A model generated the notes under the pieces. That model did no database searches, was not told the origin of the DNA, and worked only from the letters and a program-made list of their open reading frames with translations. A stretch of 64,000 bases of DNA from an uncultured Thermococci archaeon (GTDB taxonomy: Archaea; Methanobacteriota_B; Thermococci; Methanofastidiosales; B48-G16), in contig CAZQQT010000003.1 in the NCBI GenBank assembly GCA_964595645.1, forward strand, positions 32,001 to 96,000, in the 5' to 3' direction. Made by a program: the position numbers and the translations under genes. Position 1 is the first letter of the stretch. Each line of letters opens with the position of its first letter. This document shows positions 1-8,182 of this stretch, in pieces.

Positions 1-98
1 ATATGAGCGCCGTTTATATTCAACACAGAGAAATCTTTTTCCTCTCGTAAGCTCAGCCGTATTTTTCCTTCTTCAAATTTTAGTGTCTTTCTACGCAT
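1..98 (-). CDS. N-terminal fragment of a gene running off the window (MRRKTLKFEEGKIRLSLREEKDFSVLNINGAH...), function unknown; possibly an RRE/radical SAM enzyme
   Basis: ATG (98-96) overlaps the TGA (100-98) of the upstream gene; open frame to position 1. Not in the ORF track. Confidence 0.7.
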   Translation of the reverse strand, partial: MRRKTLKFEEGKIRLSLREEKDFSVLNINGAH

Positions 99-1684
99 CA
101 GAATCCACCTCCTCCTGCACAGGCACACGCGCAGGATACACAGGCACACGCGCAGGCACAGGATGCACATGCACAGACACAGGCTTTCTCGGAGTGTCCC
201 ACTTCCTTTCCCGCGATGATTCCTGCGAATGTCTTCTCACTGAGGCCCGGGTTTTTCTCAACACTTTGTTTCCCTTTGTTGAACTCCTCTGCAAACTTCT
301 CTCCAGAGTACTCCCCCTTCGGAAGATGGTACCAGAGCCACCACGACGTGGGCGTGAAAGCGGTATCAACATCTTTAAATGTTGTTCTTGCCCGGCCGTC
401 AAACTTCTCATCGATCATCAGCCATCCAGCCTTCTTGCCGAAGAGTCTATATTTCTCCTCAGGAGATATAGTTTTGAGTTCTCCCCAGTACGCTTCAATC
501 TCGTCTGTATAGTATTTTTCTGTATCTTTTCTACAGTATCCCTTCATTTTTCTATTCACTGCATTATTCAGGCCCTTCAGGACCAGTTTCATACCTTTTT
601 CATCGAATGTCCCATCCTTCTTCATCCCTTTGAGGAGGAACTGATTTTCGTAGTAGAAGGTTTTTCCTTCGAAGGTAACCTCACAACCGCAGTACTCACA
701 GAACTCTCTTTCAGATTCTCCTGTCATAGGTGCACCGCAGTTTGGACAGTGATATGCTTTCTCTTCCTCTCGTGACGGGAGTATCTCAACTTTTACAGGG
801 CTCCATTCCTGTATTCTTATTTTTCCTTTTTTCACCAATCCGTAGAGAAGAATGTTAATTATTTTAAAGGGATGCGCACCCAAAAGTACAGCAGCTTCAA
901 TATTATCAAGATCCTTCCTTACACCAAGTGATTCCATATGCATTTTTGGGTCTATATACTCTTTCGCCTTTTTTGCTGCTTTGTAGATACCATAACCTAT
1001 GAATATAACAACTACTAGAATAATTGCTACACCTATGAGTATTGAAGACGTATCCGGACCGGGTTTTTCCTCCGTCACATTTGTTACGTACCCTTCCGGG
1101 AATGAGATTCCGCATCTAAATTTTTCTCCTTCTCCAAGTGTTCTTTCCCAGTAGGCAAATGCCCAGCCGTTCTCTTCATCGAAGGTGTCTGCAGGTGCCG
1201 GCTCACATCCAAGCTCGTTCAGCGTTACACCCTCGGGTGCAATTAGTTTTACCCGCAGTACTTTTACCTCTTGATAGTCCCACCAGGCAGGATAAAATTC
1301 TACCCCCACCCTCCCTTCCTCATCTTTGTATACCATTTTTGGAACAATAAGATGGATTTTCATTCGTGTGACATCGCCCGTCTCGGCAACACGGGGGAAG
1401 TAGATCTTCAATCTCGTCCCTTGTTTCTCCACATCCAGCATTCTTCCATCGGATGTGACTGTGTAATCAATAATTTCTTCCTTTGGAATTCCAAAATAGA
1501 TCCCTTGCTGAGGTCCTTCTGTCGTTTTTATCGTTAGAAAGTACCATATGTCTAGAGAAGAGTCTTTTTGTACTGTAACTTCTACATTTTCCTCTTCTAT
1601 AAGAAATTCTGGTCCATCAGCAGAAAATGCACCAAGAAACAAAAAAAATGTCAGGATAAGAACAAGTCCATAGCATTGTTTCAT
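98..1684 (-). CDS. Membrane protein (DUF2207-like extracellular N-domain, TM helix, Zn ribbon) with C-terminal Cys/Ala-repeat tail
   Basis: Signal peptide after MKQCYG (ATG 1684, preceded by GGAGA); TM helix SILIGVAIILVVVIFIGYGIY; CPNC..CEYC; ends CVCACASCACACACVSCACACAGGGGF. Confidence 0.85.
   Translation of the reverse strand: MKQCYGLVLILTFFLFLGAFSADGPEFLIEEENVEVTVQKDSSLDIWYFLTIKTTEGPQQGIYFGIPKEEIIDYTVTSDGRMLDVEKQGTRLKIYFPRVAETGDVTRMKIHLIVPKMVYKDEEGRVGVEFYPAWWDYQEVKVLRVKLIAPEGVTLNELGCEPAPADTFDEENGWAFAYWERTLGEGEKFRCGISFPEGYVTNVTEEKPGPDTSSILIGVAIILVVVIFIGYGIYKAAKKAKEYIDPKMHMESLGVRKDLDNIEAAVLLGAHPFKIINILLYGLVKKGKIRIQEWSPVKVEILPSREEEKAYHCPNCGAPMTGESEREFCEYCGCEVTFEGKTFYYENQFLLKGMKKDGTFDEKGMKLVLKGLNNAVNRKMKGYCRKDTEKYYTDEIEAYWGELKTISPEEKYRLFGKKAGWLMIDEKFDGRARTTFKDVDTAFTPTSWWLWYHLPKGEYSGEKFAEEFNKGKQSVEKNPGLSEKTFAGIIAGKEVGHSEKACVCACASCACACACVSCACACAGGGGF
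119..156. repeat. Coding tandem repeat (ACAGGCACACGCGCAGG x2, 21-nt period) in the Cys-rich tail
   Basis: Copies at 119-135 and 140-156. Confidence 0.85.
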
Positions 1685-1747
1685 GCAATCTCCTCTTTCT
1701 ATTCTCTTCATGGAGAACTTTTTAAACTTTGCCATTGTAGCGTATAT

Positions 1748-2161
1748 ATGGATGATCGTTTTTTTGTGTATATCGGGCATGAACTCGCGCATGTAAATGA
1801 TCATCTCCCGGAAAAAAAGATTTCCTTAAAAGAACTGGCAGCCCAGAAGGTGCCCCAGGTAAAAACAAAGGCCGGAGAGCACTATTTTGATCGTAAAGAC
1901 ATAAATTTCCTAAAGACCTTTGTTCCAAAGGAATTTTGGAGAAAGATATCGCTCCCATTGATAATTTTTAGAAAAAGGGAAGCGTACGCCTTTGAAGGAA
2001 ACACGTATGAATGTTTTCTCATTAAGAAATTATTGGAAGGGGAAGAGTACACCAGCGAGGCTGTGATAGAGACTGAAAGGACGTTGACGCTCTATACACC
2101 CCAGGTGACAGAATTAAAGAGAAAGTATAAAAGTCTCTTTGTGATAGGATTTAGTGTGTGA
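1748..2161 (+). CDS. DUF61 (UPF0216) family protein
   Basis: EL..VNDHLP...ISLKEL....P.V...GEHYFD...LPLII pattern; likely start ATG 1748. Confidence 0.75.
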   Translation: MDDRFFVYIGHELAHVNDHLPEKKISLKELAAQKVPQVKTKAGEHYFDRKDINFLKTFVPKEFWRKISLPLIIFRKREAYAFEGNTYECFLIKKLLEGEEYTSEAVIETERTLTLYTPQVTELKRKYKSLFVIGFSV

Positions 2162-2272
2162 TGAATGAATCCAATGCTGACGTATGGATGATGAGACTTA
2201 TGAGCGCTGATCCTTCTTTTTCTTTTTTTAATAAAACCAAGGTTTTTATACACAGTGGGACAATACAACTCA

Positions 2273-3154
2273 ATGGAATCCGATACTCTCGCTCCCGAAA
2301 TCAAAAGGAAGCTTCTTACCGCCCAGAAAAATGAGATCACAGAGTATCATATCTATAAAAAGCTGTCAAAATCTACGAAAGATCCCCACAATAGAGACGT
2401 GCTCTCCCGTATTGGTGACGAGGAACTGGAACATTATCATTTCTGGAAAGAGTATACTCACGAGGAAATCACACCCAACCGATTAAAAACATGGCTATAC
2501 TACCTCATTGCACGGATATTTGGAATAACATTCAGCGTAAAGTTAATGGAAAAAGGAGAAGAGGATGCACAAATCACGTACGAAAAGATCGCGGAGACGA
2601 TTCCTGAGGCCAGTAAAATCGTTGAAGATGAGGATGAACACGAGGAGGAACTTATTGCACTAATCGATGAAGAACGTCTCAGATACGTTGGTTCTATCGT
2701 ACTTGGATTGAACGATGCCTTAGTTGAACTAACCGGTGCCCTCGCAGGATTCACCCTTGCACTTCAGAACACCGAGCTTATTGCAATCACAGGACTCATT
2801 ACTGGCATCGCTGCGTCACTTTCTATGGGGACTTCGGAGTATCTTTCTACAAAATCGGAGGAAAGCGAACAGAGTCCCGTAAAGGCGTCTATTTACACAG
2901 GTAGTGCATATATCCTTACAGTCTTTTTCTTGATTTTTCCCTTTCTACTTTTTGCAAATCTCTATCTCTGTCTTGGCGTGACAATTTTTAATGCAATTGT
3001 GGTGATTTTTATATTCACATTCTACATCTCCGTCGCCAAAGACGCTCCTTTTAAAAAACGATTTTCCGAGATGGCGTCGATGAGTCTCGGTATTGCGGCT
3101 ATCACGTTTGTGATAGGCTTTGCTATACGGCAGTTTTTGGGCGTAAGTGTGTGA
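2273..3154 (+). CDS. VIT1/CCC1 family transporter with N-terminal rubrerythrin/ferritin-like domain
   Basis: ExxH motifs (EELEH, EDEHE); VLGLNDAL and AASLSMGTSEYLS VIT1 motifs; several TM helices. Confidence 0.9.
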   Translation: MESDTLAPEIKRKLLTAQKNEITEYHIYKKLSKSTKDPHNRDVLSRIGDEELEHYHFWKEYTHEEITPNRLKTWLYYLIARIFGITFSVKLMEKGEEDAQITYEKIAETIPEASKIVEDEDEHEEELIALIDEERLRYVGSIVLGLNDALVELTGALAGFTLALQNTELIAITGLITGIAASLSMGTSEYLSTKSEESEQSPVKASIYTGSAYILTVFFLIFPFLLFANLYLCLGVTIFNAIVVIFIFTFYISVAKDAPFKKRFSEMASMSLGIAAITFVIGFAIRQFLGVSV

Positions 3155-3191
3155 CCGAAACTTATTTTTATCGTGCCTTGTGTGATAAAGT

Positions 3192-4391
3192 ATGAAGGAG
3201 TATCTCCACGATCCCTACACGACACAATTTGAGGCTAACGTAGTGAGCATTGACGAGAATGCGGTGATACTGGATAGAACGTACTTTCATCCCGAAGGAG
3301 GAGGACAACCCGCAGACAGAGGATATATTGGCGGCGCTGAGGTACAGGATGTCCAGGAAAAGGAGGATACTGTTGTTCATTATCTCTCGGAGATTCCCTT
3401 TTCTGAAGGGCAGAAGGTGTTTTGTGACATCGATGAGGAGTTCCGACGATACTGTATGCGGTCCCACACTGGTGCACACATTGTTTTTGGTGCGGCCCGG
3501 ACACTTTTTGACGATGTTTCGTATGCTGGATTTGGGATAGGCGAGACGTCCACGAGGATAGATTTCGGTACGGAAACCACGGTTGACGACGATCTTCTTC
3601 TCCAGCTTGAATACCTCTCAAACAAGATCGTGCTGGAAGGAAAAGAGATCTTGCACTACTTCTCGGATGAAGTAGACGATGAACGGCTAAAAAAACTTGT
3701 GTACGCGAAGGAGATGCCTTCTGGGAGAATGAGGGTGGTAGAAATTGAAGATTGGGATGTCGCCGCGTGCAGCGGTACGCATTTCACAAATACTCGCGAA
3801 ATCGGACTTATCACGGTACTTGGAAAATCGAAGTTGCAGGAGGGTGTTACACGGATAGAGTTTACCGTGGGAGACCATGCGCTCGATAGATATATGGATG
3901 AAAAAAAGGAGCTTCATGAGGCTGCGTCTCTGCTGCATACGTCGACGAACGAGGTCTCTCAAAAGATTGCCAAACTCTTTGAGGAGTTGGATGCCAAAAA
4001 GAAAGAAAATAAGGAGCTGAAAGAGCGTCTTGTCGGTCAGGAAATCGAAAAACTGCAGCGTTCTCCCATAAATATAGGAGATTATCAGCTGCATATGGGA
4101 AAAATTTCGAGTAATGATCCAAATAACCTCGGTATTCTCTCAAAAAAAATGGTAGAAACGAAAGAAAAGTCGGTTGCTGTGTTACTATCAGAGATCCATG
4201 GAAAGATGACACTTGCAGCAAGTTGCACACCAGACATTCCGATTAATCTCAGCGATGCCTTGCAAGATGTTGTGAGAAAGCTCGGAGGGGGTGGAGGAGG
4301 CGGTCCCCGCTTTTTCCAGGCGGGTGGGATTACTGCACCATGTGAGAAGTTGCAAATGAGTGTGAAGAAGGAATTTTCGAAAAAATTATAA
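3192..4391 (+). CDS. alaX: Alanyl-tRNA editing protein AlaX with C-terminal DHHA1 domain
   Basis: FHPEGGGQPADRG, HTGAH and CSGTH Zn motifs; C-terminal GGGGG. Confidence 0.9.
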   Translation: MKEYLHDPYTTQFEANVVSIDENAVILDRTYFHPEGGGQPADRGYIGGAEVQDVQEKEDTVVHYLSEIPFSEGQKVFCDIDEEFRRYCMRSHTGAHIVFGAARTLFDDVSYAGFGIGETSTRIDFGTETTVDDDLLLQLEYLSNKIVLEGKEILHYFSDEVDDERLKKLVYAKEMPSGRMRVVEIEDWDVAACSGTHFTNTREIGLITVLGKSKLQEGVTRIEFTVGDHALDRYMDEKKELHEAASLLHTSTNEVSQKIAKLFEELDAKKKENKELKERLVGQEIEKLQRSPINIGDYQLHMGKISSNDPNNLGILSKKMVETKEKSVAVLLSEIHGKMTLAASCTPDIPINLSDALQDVVRKLGGGGGGGPRFFQAGGITAPCEKLQMSVKKEFSKKL

Positions 4392-4414
4392 GGAACGAAA
4401 ATGGAGGAAATACT

Positions 4415-5158
4415 ATGTTAGAAATAAACATCCTAGGAATCTCAGCAAGTCCACGAGAAGGAAATAGTATGTACTTGTTACAAGAAGCACTAAACGCTGC
4501 GAAAGAAGTTAATCTCTCCCATGTTGAAGCTGAAACATATTCTATCAAAGGAAAAACCTTCAAGCCATGTATACACTGTTATGCTTGTCAAGACAAACTT
4601 AATGGGGAATGCGCAATTAAAGATGATTTTCAGGAACTAAGAAACAAATGGGTAGAGGCAGATGTTATTATTTATTCAGTACCGGTTTATCATATGAGTA
4701 TTCCAGGACAATTGAAATGTTTCATTGATAGGTTAGGCAATAGTCTAAATACATACTATAATCATAAATATGAGGAAAAAGGGATAATGAGATCAATGAA
4801 AGTGATTGGTTCAATAGCACAGGGTAGGCATATTTTTTCAGGACAAGAACATACTCTCACTGATTTAATTAATCATACTATCCTTATGGGAAGTGTTCCC
4901 CTTTCTGCAGATTTATGGGAGGCATATATAGGTGTAGGAGGATGGACAGCTAACAAAAGAGACAAAAACTCTATAAAAAAACTCAACAATAAAAAAGACT
5001 TCGATGCATCAATCACCGTAAAGGCATGTAGAAATTTAGGAAAGAGATCAGTCGAACTTGCATCAATACTTATAGGGGGAGCGCTTGAATATAGAAGTTA
5101 TCTCGAAAAAGATCCTTCTTACGCTCCGTTACTTCGTAGATCAGAAAGATTCACTTAA
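4415..5158 (+). CDS. Iron-sulfur flavoprotein / NADPH-dependent FMN reductase family
   Basis: ISASPREGNS, CxxCxxC-x7-C, PVY, LKCFIDR. Confidence 0.85.
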   Translation: MLEINILGISASPREGNSMYLLQEALNAAKEVNLSHVEAETYSIKGKTFKPCIHCYACQDKLNGECAIKDDFQELRNKWVEADVIIYSVPVYHMSIPGQLKCFIDRLGNSLNTYYNHKYEEKGIMRSMKVIGSIAQGRHIFSGQEHTLTDLINHTILMGSVPLSADLWEAYIGVGGWTANKRDKNSIKKLNNKKDFDASITVKACRNLGKRSVELASILIGGALEYRSYLEKDPSYAPLLRRSERFT

Positions 5159-5701
5159 TTGCAAAGTAATTGTAAAAAACTCTGTAGTGAGAGAAACTTT
5201 ACAGTTATGGTTAAGATCTTCAAAAAAGTTAACAAAGTATTTGGAAAGTATCTCTGAATAATGGTAACCCATATAATGATAGAATGTTAATGTTACATCA
5301 CCACTAATGGGATACTCAACAGTAATTCTTTCAAACCAATTGTTGGCTTTATAATTAAATGCGAGATGTTTCACTATTTTTTCCAAGGGTAGGTCTTCTA
5401 AGGATTCTTTTGTTATTATTTCTAGAGCTCTTCTGCAGCTTTTTTTATCCGAAAAATTTTCTATTTTTCCTTCTAATAAGTAATTAAAAGACTTTTTACT
5501 AAGAAATACTGCGTTATGATCTTTCATCCGCAACCAGTAAGAGTCTTCATCGGAGACTTCTTTAAGATTAATTTTTTCATCAAGTGCATCCAATGCTATT
5601 TCTATAACTTTCTTCTGTGTTTTAAAGTATTTTGCGAAAAATTTTAATTTATCATAATACTCTATGCTTAGGGTGGTATGTATTTGTTTAGTTTCTACCA
5701 T
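5141..5701 (-). CDS. Putative ribbon-helix-helix transcriptional regulator with C-terminal ligand-binding-like domain
   Basis: N-terminal strand-helix-helix pattern (KQIHTTLSIEYYDKLKFFAK..TQKKVIEIALDAL); divergent from the operon. Confidence 0.55.
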   Translation of the reverse strand: MVETKQIHTTLSIEYYDKLKFFAKYFKTQKKVIEIALDALDEKINLKEVSDEDSYWLRMKDHNAVFLSKKSFNYLLEGKIENFSDKKSCRRALEIITKESLEDLPLEKIVKHLAFNYKANNWFERITVEYPISGDVTLTFYHYMGYHYSEILSKYFVNFFEDLNHNCKVSLTTEFFTITLQLSESF

Positions 5702-5717
5702 ATTTGTCCACTAATCC

Positions 5718-5809
5718 ATGTACATAAATATCTCTTTTGTGTACACAAGTTCTTATATACATGTACACGCATATAAACTTTTGGTAGACAAAGAATAAAT
5801 CTTTGTCTA
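5718..5809. promoter_or_regulatory. Divergent promoter region with three TGTACA palindromes and a 10-bp inverted repeat
   Basis: TGTACA at 5719, 5740 (within TTGTGTACACAA) and 5762; TAGACAAAGA-N5-TCTTTGTCTA at 5785-5809. Confidence 0.65.
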
Positions 5810-5836
5810 TAACAAAAAATTGAAGGAGGAAAAAAA

Positions 5837-5995
5837 ATGGCTTGGGGATTTCCAACGACGACTTTTTGGATGCTTATACTGACAGTGTTCGTAGGATTGC
5901 TACCGCTTTTGATATATATCTATGACATTGTGGCATATAGTAAAGTTGCTCCCGCAAAGCGTGCTAAGGAAGTAAGATCCAAGGAGGAGGAGTAA
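5837..5995 (+). CDS. 52-aa single-TM protein, probable small subunit of the SSS symporter
   Basis: AAGGAGG SD; MAWGFPTTTFWMLILTVFVGLLPLLIYIYDIVAYSKVAPAKRAKEVRSKEEE; stop 1 nt before the symporter ATG. Confidence 0.8.
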   Translation: MAWGFPTTTFWMLILTVFVGLLPLLIYIYDIVAYSKVAPAKRAKEVRSKEEE

Positions 5996-5996
5996 A

Positions 5997-7454
5997 ATGG
6001 ACATAAAACTGATATTGTTTGGGGTCTACTGCATTGGAATATTGTTAGTGGGCTATCTAGGATACCTAAAAACAAAAACGTTGGGCGATTTCTATCTTGC
6101 AGGGCGGAAAATAAACAAATGGATCGGTGCCGGTACCTTTGCAGCTACTTTTGTAAGTGCAATTACCTTCGTATCGTGGATTGGCTTCGGCTGGCAATTT
6201 GGTACTGCATTAGTGCCAGTGTATATCTTTGGATGCTTGGTCGGGTTTTTCCTTTATGCTATCGTTGCTCCAAAGATAAATATCATTGCACATAGAAATG
6301 AGACGTATACACCATCGGATTATTATGAGGGACGGTTTGATAGCAGTTTTCTTAAGCTATGGGCCACTACGTTTACTATAGTAGGCTTTTGTGTCTATCT
6401 CGTAATACAGTTGATAGGAACTGGTGTACTCTTTGAAGTAATTGTAGGAATACCATTTGCTCAAGCTCTGATCATTCTTGGAATTGTGTATACTATTTAT
6501 ACACTGCTTGGCGGGATGAAATCTGTTGCGTGGACAGATACAATACAATTTTCAGTATTTGTACTCGCAACAATAATTGCTTTCATCTACGTACTGCCAG
6601 AAGTAGGTGGATTTAGTGGACTGACGACAACCATAAAATCGATTAATCCAAGCTTGTTGACACTGACATCTGGAGGCACGTTTAGCCCCTTGTGGATTTT
6701 TGGAATAGCATTTGCAGTTGCAGTAGTTATACCTCTCCACTACGGTTATTTCTCGCGGGCAATGGCAGCCAAAAGTCCTCGTGAAGCTCGTGCAATGGTC
6801 GGTATCGGTTCGACGGGATTATTGATATTTTACCTTGCTATAGCCGTATTGGCCCTTGCCGCAAGAGCCTATATTCCTGATACAAGCGCTATTGCAACAG
6901 ATGAAGCATTCCCTACAATGGTATTGGAACACTTTCCGACGTTACTAGCTGCGTTTATCCTCGCATCGTTAGGTGCTGCAGTGATGTCTACCACAGATTC
7001 GATTCTGTTACAGGTCGGTGCAAATGTTTCGAACGATATTTACGCCAAATTTATAAATCCCGATGCATCAGACAAGAAGACACTTATGGTAGCCCGAGTA
7101 CTCGTTATTGTATTTGCCATAATAACGATTCTTCTAGGGCTTACAAAGCCAGCTGTGCTATGGGAGATCTATAACTTCTTTATCGTATTCCTCGTAGCAC
7201 CGTACTTTGCAATCTTTTTCTTGGGACTGTACTGGAAAAAAGCTACAAAGGCTGGAGCGATTGTCGGTGCCGTATCCGGTGGAGTAATTGGATGTGCAAT
7301 CAATGGATGGCAAGTACTTGGAGGAGTACCAGAAGTTCTTTCGTACCATCCAACACTGTATGCCGTTCCAATCTCAGTGGTACTGATGATAATCGTCTCT
7401 TATATGACGAAGCCACTACCAAAAGAAGTTGTCGAAAAATGGTACAAAATTTAA
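5997..7454 (+). CDS. Sodium:solute symporter (PutP/PanF family)
   Basis: DFYLAGR, GGMKSVAWTD, AAVMSTTDS motifs; about 13 TM helices. Confidence 0.95.
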   Translation: MDIKLILFGVYCIGILLVGYLGYLKTKTLGDFYLAGRKINKWIGAGTFAATFVSAITFVSWIGFGWQFGTALVPVYIFGCLVGFFLYAIVAPKINIIAHRNETYTPSDYYEGRFDSSFLKLWATTFTIVGFCVYLVIQLIGTGVLFEVIVGIPFAQALIILGIVYTIYTLLGGMKSVAWTDTIQFSVFVLATIIAFIYVLPEVGGFSGLTTTIKSINPSLLTLTSGGTFSPLWIFGIAFAVAVVIPLHYGYFSRAMAAKSPREARAMVGIGSTGLLIFYLAIAVLALAARAYIPDTSAIATDEAFPTMVLEHFPTLLAAFILASLGAAVMSTTDSILLQVGANVSNDIYAKFINPDASDKKTLMVARVLVIVFAIITILLGLTKPAVLWEIYNFFIVFLVAPYFAIFFLGLYWKKATKAGAIVGAVSGGVIGCAINGWQVLGGVPEVLSYHPTLYAVPISVVLMIIVSYMTKPLPKEVVEKWYKI

Positions 7455-7509
7455 AAAATCTCCTTTTTTTTTATTTGTCATTTTTTTTGGTCCACAAAGT
7501 CGTGATATT

Positions 7510-8181
7510 ATGGGTATAAAGGATAAAATAAAGTGTGGTGTTACAGGGTGCCCAAACGAGGTGATAGGTGAGTGCGATTATTGTGGCATACCTTTGTGCG
7601 AAGATCATGCTCAAAAATTAGAGACGAATAAGAGTACGGAGCTTTATTGCGCCGGATGTTTTCTTTATGTTTCAGTTTCTGGATTAAAAGAGAGAGATCT
7701 AGATCGTAGACTCATCCCAAATGTGTTATTCGTAAATAGTAGGAAATGCACAGGATGCAGAACCTGTGAACTTGTATGTTCGTTTGAGCATTTTGGAGTG
7801 TTTAGTTATGACAAGTCTGCTGTAGAATTAAAAAAGGATGAAGAATACGGCAAAACTGAAATTGTGCTATGCAGACACTGTGATGATCCAAAATGCGTTG
7901 AAATTTGTCCTACTGATGCGTTAAAAAAAGACAAAAATACTGGACTTGTTTCATTGAATAGAGAAAAATGTATTCAGTGTATGCGTTGCGTAGAAGAATG
8001 TCCTTATGATGCCATCTTTAGTTCCAAAGACAAAAAAATAATTAAATGTGATTTGTGCGGAGGAGATCCGATGTGTGCAAAATATTGTCCTGCAGAGGCT
8101 ATAGAATGGGTGAAAAAACATAAAATTGGAGAAAGAAAGAAACTTACTTATTTTATTTATCCAGAAGAGGAGGAAAGATGA
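7510..8181 (+). CDS. 4Fe-4S (DmsB/HycB-like) electron-transfer subunit with extra N-terminal Cys/His Zn-finger
   Basis: CTGCRTC, CRHC..PKC..CP, CIQCMRC..CP, KCDLC motifs; N-terminal C-x4-C..CxxC..CxxH..CxxC. Confidence 0.9.
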   Translation: MGIKDKIKCGVTGCPNEVIGECDYCGIPLCEDHAQKLETNKSTELYCAGCFLYVSVSGLKERDLDRRLIPNVLFVNSRKCTGCRTCELVCSFEHFGVFSYDKSAVELKKDEEYGKTEIVLCRHCDDPKCVEICPTDALKKDKNTGLVSLNREKCIQCMRCVEECPYDAIFSSKDKKIIKCDLCGGDPMCAKYCPAEAIEWVKKHKIGERKKLTYFIYPEEEER

Positions 8182-8182
8182 T

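Noticed and set aside
83-775. Long antisense ORFs in the track (also 19013-19642, 25020-25520, 63221-63790)
   Set aside because: Shadows of well-supported genes on the opposite strand
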